Below, piece by piece: positions 57,501 through 64,000 of a stretch of DNA of 64,000 bases (positions are counted from its first letter, which is position 1; every line of letters starts with the position of its first letter). Below the pieces are notes generated by a model. It did no database searches and was not told the origin of the DNA. It worked only from the letters and a program-made list of their open reading frames with translations. Made by a program: the position numbers and the translations under genes. The stretch is from Nemertoderma westbladi (Eukaryota; Animalia; Xenacoelomorpha): contig JAUCBJ010006714.1 of the NCBI GenBank assembly GCA_032718475.1, positions 101,162-165,161 of the forward strand, read 5' to 3'.

Positions 57501-60500
57501 TACGCGTTTTAGTTTTAGCCACCAACCGTAATGTCACAACGTTTACGCGTTTTAGTTTTAGCCACTATCCGTAATGTCCCAACGTCTACACGTTTTAGTT
57601 TTAGCCACTATCCGTAATGTCCCAACGTCTACGCGTTTTAGTTTTAGCCACCAACCGTAATGTCACAACGTTTACGCGTTTTAGTTTTAGCCACCAACCG
57701 TAATGTCACAACGTTTACGCGTTTTAGTTTTAGCCACTATCCGTAATGTCCCAACGTCTACGCGTTTTAGTTTTAGCCACTATCCGTAATGTAACAACGT
57801 CTACGCGTTTTAGTTTTAGCCACTATCCGTAATGTAACAACGTCTACGCGTTTTAGTTTTAGCCACTATCCGTAATGTCACGACGTCTACGCGTTTTAGT
57901 TTTAGCCACTATCCGTAATGTCACGACGTCTACGCGTTTTAGTTTTAGCCACTATCCGTAATGTCACAACGTCTACGCGTTTTAGTTTTAGCCACTATCC
58001 GTAATGTCCCAACGTCTACGCGTTTTAGTTTTAGCCACCAACCGTAATGTCACAACGTCTACGCGTTTTAGTTTTAGCCACTATCCGTAATGTCACAACG
58101 TCTACGCGTTTTAGTTTTAGCCACTAACCGTAATGTCATGACGTCTACGCGTTTTAGTTTTAGCCACCAACCGTAATGTCACAACGTCTACGCGTTTTAG
58201 TTTTAGCCACTATCCGTAATGTCCCAACGTCTACGCGTTTTAGTTTTAGCCACTAACCGTAATGTCACAACGTCTACGCGTTTTAGTTTTAGCCACCAAC
58301 GGTAATGTCACAACGTCTACGCGTTTTAGTTTTAGCCACTATCCGTAATGTCCCAACGTCTACGCGTTTTAGTTTTAGCCACTAACCGTAATGTCACGAC
58401 GTCTACGCGTTTTAGTTTTAGCCACCAACCGTAATGTCACAACGTCTACGCGTTTTAGTTTTAGCCACCAACCGTAATGTCACAACGTCTACGCGTTTTA
58501 GTTTTAGCCACTAACCGTAATGTAACAACATCTACGCGTTTTAGTTTTAGCCACTAACCGTAATGTCACAACGTCTACGCGTTTTAGTTTTAGCCACTAT
58601 CCGTAATGTCCCAACGTCTACGCGTTTTAGTTTTAGCCACTAACCGTAATGTCACAACGTCTACGCGTTTTAGTTTTAGCCACTATCCGTAATGTCCCAA
58701 CGTCTACGCGTTTTAGTTTTAGCCACTAACCGTAATGTCACAACGTCTACGCGTTTTAGTTTTAGCCACTATCCGTAATGTCCCAACGTCTACGCGTTTT
58801 AGTTTTAGCCACTAACCGTAATGTCACAACGTCTACGCGTTTTAGTTTTAGCCACTAACCGTAATGTCACAACGTCTACGCGTTTTAGTTTTAGCCACTA
58901 TCCGTAATGTCCCAACGTCTACGCGTTTTAGTTTTAGCCACTAACCGTAATGTCACAACGTCTACGCGTTTTAGTTTTAGCCACTATCCGTAATGTCCCA
59001 ACGTCTACGCGTTTTAGTTTTAGCCACTAACCGTAATGTCACAACGTCTACGCGTTTTAGTTTTAGCCACTAACCGTAATGTCACAACGTCTACGCGTTT
59101 TAGTTTTAGCCACTATCCGTAATGTCCCAACGTCTACGCGTTTTAGTTTTAGCCACTAACCGTAATGTAACAACGTTTACGCGTTTTAGTTTTAGCCACT
59201 AACCGTAATGTCACGACGTCTACGCGTTTTAGTTTTAGCCACCAACCGTAATGTCACAACGTCTACGCGTTTTAGTTTTAGCCACCAACCGTAATGTCAC
59301 AACGTCTACGCGTTTTAGTTTTAGCCACTAACCGTAATGTAACAACATCTACGCGTTTTAGTTTTAGCCACTATCCGTAATGTCACAACGTCTACGCGTT
59401 TTAGTTTTAGCCACTAACCGTAATGTCACAACGTCTACGCGTTTTAGTTTTAGCCACTATCCGTAATGTCCCAACGTCTACGCGTTTTAGTTTTAGCCAC
59501 TAACCGTAATGTAACAACGTTTACGCGTTTTAGTTTTAGCCACCAACCGTAATGTCACAACGTCTACGCGTTTTAGTTTTAGCCACTATCCGTAATGTCC
59601 CAACGTCTACGCGTTTTAGTTTTAGCCACTAACCGTAATGTCCCAACGTCTACGCGTTTTAGTTTTAGCCACCAACCGTAATGTCACAACGTTTACGCGT
59701 TTTAGTTTTAGCCACCAACCGTAATGTCACAACGTTTACGCGTTTTAGTTTTAGCCACTATCCGTAATGTCCCAACGTCTACGCGTTTTAGTTTTAGCCA
59801 CTATCCGTAATGTAACAACGTCTACGCGTTTTAGTTTTAGCCACTATCCGTAATGTCACGACGTCTACGCGTTTTAGTTTTAGCCACTATCCGTAATGTC
59901 ACGACGTCTACGCGTTTTAGTTTTAGCCACTATCCGTAATGTCACAACGTCTACGCGTTTTAGTTTTAGCCACTATCCGTAATGTCCCAACGTCTACGCG
60001 TTTTAGTTTTAGCCACCAACCGTAATGTCACAACGTCTACGCGTTTTAGTTTTAGCCACCAACCGTAATGTCACAACGTCTACGCGTTTTAGTTTTAGCC
60101 ACTATCCGTAATGTCCCAACGTCTACGCGTTTTAGTTTTAGCCACTAACCGTAATGTAACAACGTCTACGCGTTTTAGTTTTAGCCACTATCCGTAATGT
60201 AACAACATCTACGCGTTTTAGTTTTAGCCACCAACCGTAATGTCACAACGTCTACGCGTTTTAGTTTTAGCCACCAACCGTAATGTCACAACGTCTTCGC
60301 GTTTTAGTTTTATCCACTAACCGTAATGTCACAACGTCTACGCGTTTTAGTTTTAGCCACTAACCGTAATGTCACAACGTCTACGCGTTTTAGTTTTAGC
60401 CACTAACCGTAATGTCACGACGTCAACGCCTTTTAGTTTTAGCCACTATCCGTAATGTCACAACGTCTACGCGTTTTAGTTTTAGCCACCAACCGTAATG

Positions 60501-61956
60501 TCACAACGTCTACGCGTTTTAGTTTTAGCCACCAACCGTAATGTCACAACGTCTACGCGTTTTAGTTTTAGCCACTAACCGTAATGTCACAACGTCTACG
60601 CGTTTTAGTTTTAGCCACTAACCGTAATGTCACAACGTCTACGCGTTTTAGTTTTAGCCACTAACCGTAATGTCACAACGTCTACGCGTTTTAGTTTTAG
60701 CCACTAACCGTAATGTCACAACGTCTACGCGTTTTAGTTTTAGCCACTAACCGTAATGTCACAACGTCTACGCGTTTTAGTTTTAGCCACTAACCGTAAT
60801 GTCACAACGTCTACGCGTTTTAGTTTTAGCCACTAACCGTAATGTCACAACGTCTACGCGTTTTAGTTTTAGCCACTAACCGTAATGTCACAACGTCTAC
60901 GCGTTTTAGTTTTAGCCACTAACCGTAATGTCACAACGTCTACGCGTTTTAGTTTTAGCCACTAACCGTAATGTCACGACGTCTACGCGTTTTAGTTTTA
61001 GCCACTAACCGTAATGTCACGACGTCTACGCGTTTTAGTTTTAGCCACTATCCGTAATGTAACAACGTCTACGCGTTTTAGTTTTAGCCACTAACCGTAA
61101 TGTCACGACGTCTACGCGTTTTAGTTTTAGCCACTAACCGTAATGTCACAACGTCTACGCGTTTTAGTTTTAGCCACTAACCGTAATGTCACAACGTCTA
61201 CGCGTTTTAGTTTTAGCCACTAACCGTAATGTCACGACGTCTACGCGTTTTAGTTTTAGCCACTAACCGTAATGTCACAACGTCTACGCGTTTTAGTTTT
61301 AGCCACTAACCGTAATGTCACGACGTCTACGCGTTTTAGTTTTAGCCACTAACCGTAATGTCACAACGTCTACGCGTTTTAGTTTTAGCCACTAACCGTA
61401 ATGTCACAACGTCTACGCGTTTTAGTTTTAGCCACTAACCGTAATGTCACGACGTCTACGCGTTTTAGTTTTAGCCACTATCCGTAATGTCACAACGTCT
61501 ACGCGTTTTAGGTTTAGCCACTAACTGTAATGTCACAACATCTACGCGTTTTAGTTTTAGCCACTAACCGTAATGTCACAACATCTACGTGTTTTAGTTT
61601 TAGCCACTAACCGTAATGTCACGACGTCTACGCGTTTTAGTTTTAGTCACTAACCGTAATGTCACAACGTCTACGCGTTTTAGTTTTAGCCACTAACCGT
61701 AATGTCACAACATCTACGCGTTTTAGTTTTAGCCACTAACCGTAATGTCACAACATCTACGCGTTTTAGTTTTAGCCACTAACTGTAATGTCACAACATC
61801 TACGCGTTTTAGTTTTAGTCACTAACCGTAATGTCACAACATCTACGCGTTTTAGTTTTAGCCACTAACTGTAATGTCACAACATCTACGCGTTTTAGTT
61901 TTAGCTACCAACCGTAATGTCACGACGTCAACGCCTTTTGTTCGCGCTTTCAGACC

Positions 61957-61994
61957 TTTGGCAGTTTAATCCGCCAAATTAAGATGTCTTCTAG
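61957..61994 (+). other. Short hairpin followed by CTAG just after the array end (candidate Helitron-like 3' end)
   Basis: TTTGGC (61957-61962), a 10-nt loop, GCCAAA (61973-61978), then CTAG at 61991-61994. The next base is A, not the canonical T. Confidence 0.2.
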
Positions 61995-62043
61995 ATATTA
62001 AATCGCTTTTTAGCCTATGACAAGTATTTGATTCACTACACTA

Positions 62044-62105
62044 GTCGAAACCAATCTGTGCGCGATCATTCACCCGCTGGATATTCCCGGGAGATTGGGT
62101 TCGAC
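62044..62105. other. 14-bp inverted repeat (1 mismatch) enclosing 34 nt
   Basis: GTCGAAACCAATCT (62044-62057) and AGATTGGGTTCGAC (62092-62105) are 13/14 complementary. Confidence refers to the inverted repeat, not to a function. Confidence 0.7.
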
Positions 62106-62686
62106 GGTTTAATTTTATTGCTATGTAAGCCTAATGTATTATTCGACTGACAGTATTATATTATCTCTGACAATATCATTCACCTTAGGGAATATTAACA
62201 GTTCCTTTAGGACGTGGCGCTTTATTTATATAAACAGAGTTATGACTTAAACTACTCACAACGATATGGCTTAATTATAATTCACATATATGGCGCATTC
62301 TTTAGGAAATGCTTCTTTAACAGACTCACTCATACACAATGCTGCACAATACTGCACACTAATCTGCCAATCTTCACTGATTTTAGTCACATATAAAAGG
62401 AACACAGACTGACTCATGTAGGGTCTATCAAATAACATTAGATTCACTTCAAACCACTTTAACATAAGTCACAATCGTTATTGGTAACCTTTCTCTCTTA
62501 CCTTCGGTATATCAAGAATATTGGGTTTTCGGGGTTATTTCTCGTTATTCCAATATAATAATTCATCAACAAATATAATGAATAACCGACAACAAATAGC
62601 AGTATACAGTATTGATTGAGCAGGTAATTTTTAGCAGTGAGATATTCAAGTGATTAAAAGCCAGTGATATTCACAGCCGCCAGTTA

Positions 62687-62719
62687 AAGGATATATGTCC
62701 TTATAATTAAACCTACTAG
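62687..62719 (+). mobile_element. Candidate Helitron 3' terminus (hairpin, 13 nt, CTAG|T)
   Basis: Near-palindrome AAGGATATATGTCCTT (62687-62702), CTAG at 62716-62719, T at 62720. No 5' end or RepHel coding sequence is visible. Confidence 0.25.
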
Positions 62720-62966
62720 TGTTGAGCTAAAAAGCAGAAAGCACAAAACACTAAAAAGCCGTTCTTTCGTGGCTTTGAAAAACTCGTGACTACTACTCTA
62801 TACGAGGATACCAACTACCCTTATTCCACGAAGCTCCCATTCAACACAGAGAAAGAGCAGTGAGATAGGAAAATTTCAGTTCAGTAGCTCTGTGATAGGT
62901 CAAAATCAAGGCTAACTCAAATTCTATTGGGAGATACAAAAACAAGGCTATGACGCAACCTTCCTA

Positions 62967-63027
62967 GGCTGGTTGGCTGATTAAACAGAGCCCAGATACC
63001 TGCGTACAGCAAATCAGCCAATAAGCT
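62967..63027. other. Stem-loop with a 10-bp perfect core extendable to ~16 bp
   Basis: TTGGCTGATT (62973-62982) and AATCAGCCAA (63012-63021). It extends outward with G-T pairs, one mismatch and GCT/AGC. Confidence 0.6.
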
Positions 63028-63213
63028 GGTAGCTTGCACTATTTTAGCTATAGATCCCCTTGAGAGTATTCTAGCGACCGGGGGGGAACTGGCCAACAAG
63101 GCAAACGAATCAGTTATCCCACAAAAGCTTTTACACCGCTCCCAGAAAATGGGATTTAAGTCTATAAAATATACAAAATCACAGTTTCTAAAATATAAAA
63201 ATACTCTAAACAG

Positions 63214-63888
63214 TTAGTCTTTCTTGCGCGGACGGCGTTTACGCAGTTTCTTGAGGCTAGCAAGAGTCCTTTTCTCTTTGGGGCGAGCCACTTTACGAGG
63301 AGGGCTGTAGCTCCTAGGCGAAGGGTGCAATATAATTGCATCAGAAGGTGCAGGGTTACGATCGGTATACCCGCCGGTCGAAGTACCTGGTTGATTAATA
63401 TCAACCTCAGTGGAGCGAGATCTAACGGCCTTTAGAGCGCGTCTCAGGACAGCAGCTCCTACGGGTCCTTGACGGGTCGTCTGGACACTAGCGGTGGGTG
63501 GACCGTGAGTGGTGAGGAACTTTCTCGGTTTAATGGTTCTCTCCAGCTCGCGTTCTCGGGTTCGATATTCATATGGGCGCCGAGATACTTCCTGGAGCTC
63601 AGGATGCGAGTTCACGAAAATGTCGCCATACTCAGGGTCCTGACGGATAAAATTGATCAGGTGATATGTGGTTATATCATTAGGGTTGACATTTCTAAGG
63701 TATTTTCTGACAAACTTGGTGGAAATACACTCACCAACACGCTTTATTAACTCGTAACTTGGTACGCGTGTTTTCTGTTCAATCGACGCGAATAGGTAAG
63801 GATGGAACGCGTAAACTCCCTCGTAAGCTCGTCCAGGGTAATAGCGATGTCTGGATTCGCAATGTAAATCCGCGTTCGATGTCCTCCT
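63214..63888 (-). CDS. 3' part of an unknown protein: 224 stop-free codons, no Met, Ser/Pro-rich then Lys/Arg-rich C-terminus
   Basis: The track's 133-aa ORF stays open 91 codons further upstream (RRTSNADLHCESRHRYYPGRAYEGVYAFHPYLFASIEQKTRVPSYELIKRVGECISTKFVRKYLRNVNPNDITTYHLINFIRQDPEYGDIF) to a TAG at 63889-63891. It ends ...LKKLRKRRPRKKD-TAA, followed by an abrupt AT-rich stretch. No family was recognised. Confidence 0.5.
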   Translation of the reverse strand, partial: RRTSNADLHCESRHRYYPGRAYEGVYAFHPYLFASIEQKTRVPSYELIKRVGECISTKFVRKYLRNVNPNDITTYHLINFIRQDPEYGDIFVNSHPELQEVSRRPYEYRTRERELERTIKPRKFLTTHGPPTASVQTTRQGPVGAAVLRRALKAVRSRSTEVDINQPGTSTGGYTDRNPAPSDAIILHPSPRSYSPPRKVARPKEKRTLASLKKLRKRRPRKKD

Positions 63889-64000
63889 CTAGATTTTGTA
63901 TTTCTCTATCGAACTGGGGTAAAGCTAGTTCTTTCACCGCTTGGACTTGTTGTTGCAATTTAAGTTTCTCCAAGCAATTGTAAGTTCCTTTCCCGATCTT
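63779..64000 (-). CDS. Open frame entering from the right window edge, coiled-coil-like, overlapping the 224-codon frame by 110 nt
   Basis: KIGKGTYNCLEKLKLQQQVQAVKELALPQFDREIQNLEEDIERGF... is open to 64000. The other two minus frames contain stops in 63889-64000. Confidence 0.35.
   Translation of the reverse strand, partial: KIGKGTYNCLEKLKLQQQVQAVKELALPQFDREIQNLEEDIERGFTLRIQTSLLPWTSLRGSLRVPSLPIRVD

Larger units (their letters stand above)
1..61940. repeat. 43-bp tandem satellite array, ~1441 head-to-tail copies, truncated by the left window edge
   Basis: GTTTTAGCCA recurs at 1, 44, 87 and onward (period 43). Consensus GTTTTAGCCACTAWCCGTAATGTMMCRACRTCTACGYGTTTTA. The last unit ends ...CAACGCCTTTTG at 61940. 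The ORF track has no calls inside it. No inversion or foreign insertion was seen. Confidence 0.99.

Noticed and set aside
57640-60050. A second duplication with a 47-unit (2021 bp) offset, the same as 9401/11422
   Set aside because: The duplication looks real (GTTTACG markers at 57671/59692), but two equal offsets among many is compatible with chance.
1-61940. CRISPR array (unit begins GTTTTAG like type II-A repeats)
   Set aside because: There are no unique spacers, the whole 43 bp repeats, and no cas genes are present.
1-61940. Repeat-protein coding region
   Set aside because: The unit length is not a multiple of 3, TAG/TAA occur on both strands in every unit, and the ORF track is empty here.
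1-61940. Direct telomerase product (TTTTAG doublet; minus-strand TACGGAT and GTTACA resemble yeast telomere cores)
   Set aside because: The matches are only 6-7 nt, there are no G-runs, and multi-kb duplications of variant order imply DNA-level copying.
62060-62112. tRNA or tRNA-derived SINE (GGTTCGA)
   Set aside because: No cloverleaf, T-stem or A-box could be built.
62336-62359. CACAATRCTG x2.4 micro-duplication, and a 12-bp direct repeat AGCAGTGAGATA at ~62633 and ~62856
   Set aside because: Too short to interpret, and no element is bounded by them.
62214-62465. Short ORFs of 60 and 64 aa on opposite strands
   Set aside because: They are short, AT-rich and mutually overlapping, with no recognisable motif.
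63080-63170. Polypurine tract (G7AA) plus TG and TATAAAA as an LTR start
   Set aside because: The tract is short, no second LTR or primer-binding site is visible, and the TATA-like sequence is explained by the AT-rich stretch after the ORF stop.
62917-63983. ORFs 62917-63099(-), 63162-63404(-), 63469-63750(+) and 63759-63983(+)
   Set aside because: These are short frames, mostly alternative-frame or antisense shadows of the longer minus-strand frame.
63974-64000. KIGKGTYN as a kinase glycine-rich loop
   Set aside because: The third glycine is missing and no VAxK, HRD or DFG motifs follow in any frame.

Overview
About 97% of the window (1-61940) is one uninterrupted, single-orientation tandem array of a 43-bp unit, consensus GTTTTAGCCACTAWCCGTAATGTMMCRACRTCTACGYGTTTTA (~40% GC). 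By hand count it has 1441 units: 61940 bp plus 23 single-base deletions equals 43 x 1441. It runs off the left edge of the window. It looks like eukaryotic satellite DNA, not CRISPR, because it has no spacers. It is built from a small set of recurring unit variants arranged in domains, local 3-, 9-, 11-, 12-, 14- and 20-unit higher-order repeats, and a ~5 kb block duplicated 11.35 kb away. Alleles change along a left-to-right gradient. The array ends sharply at ~61940. The last ~2 kb is unique sequence holding several hairpins (two followed by CTAG at Helitron-like spacing) and the 3' part of an unrecognised minus-strand reading frame. That frame is split over two overlapping phases and ends in a very basic tail. 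I cannot identify the organism, name a gene, or demonstrate a new biological system. The best leads are the polar, recombination-built array, a possible Helitron origin, and the orphan frameshifted ORF. All counts and offsets were made by eye and should be recomputed.
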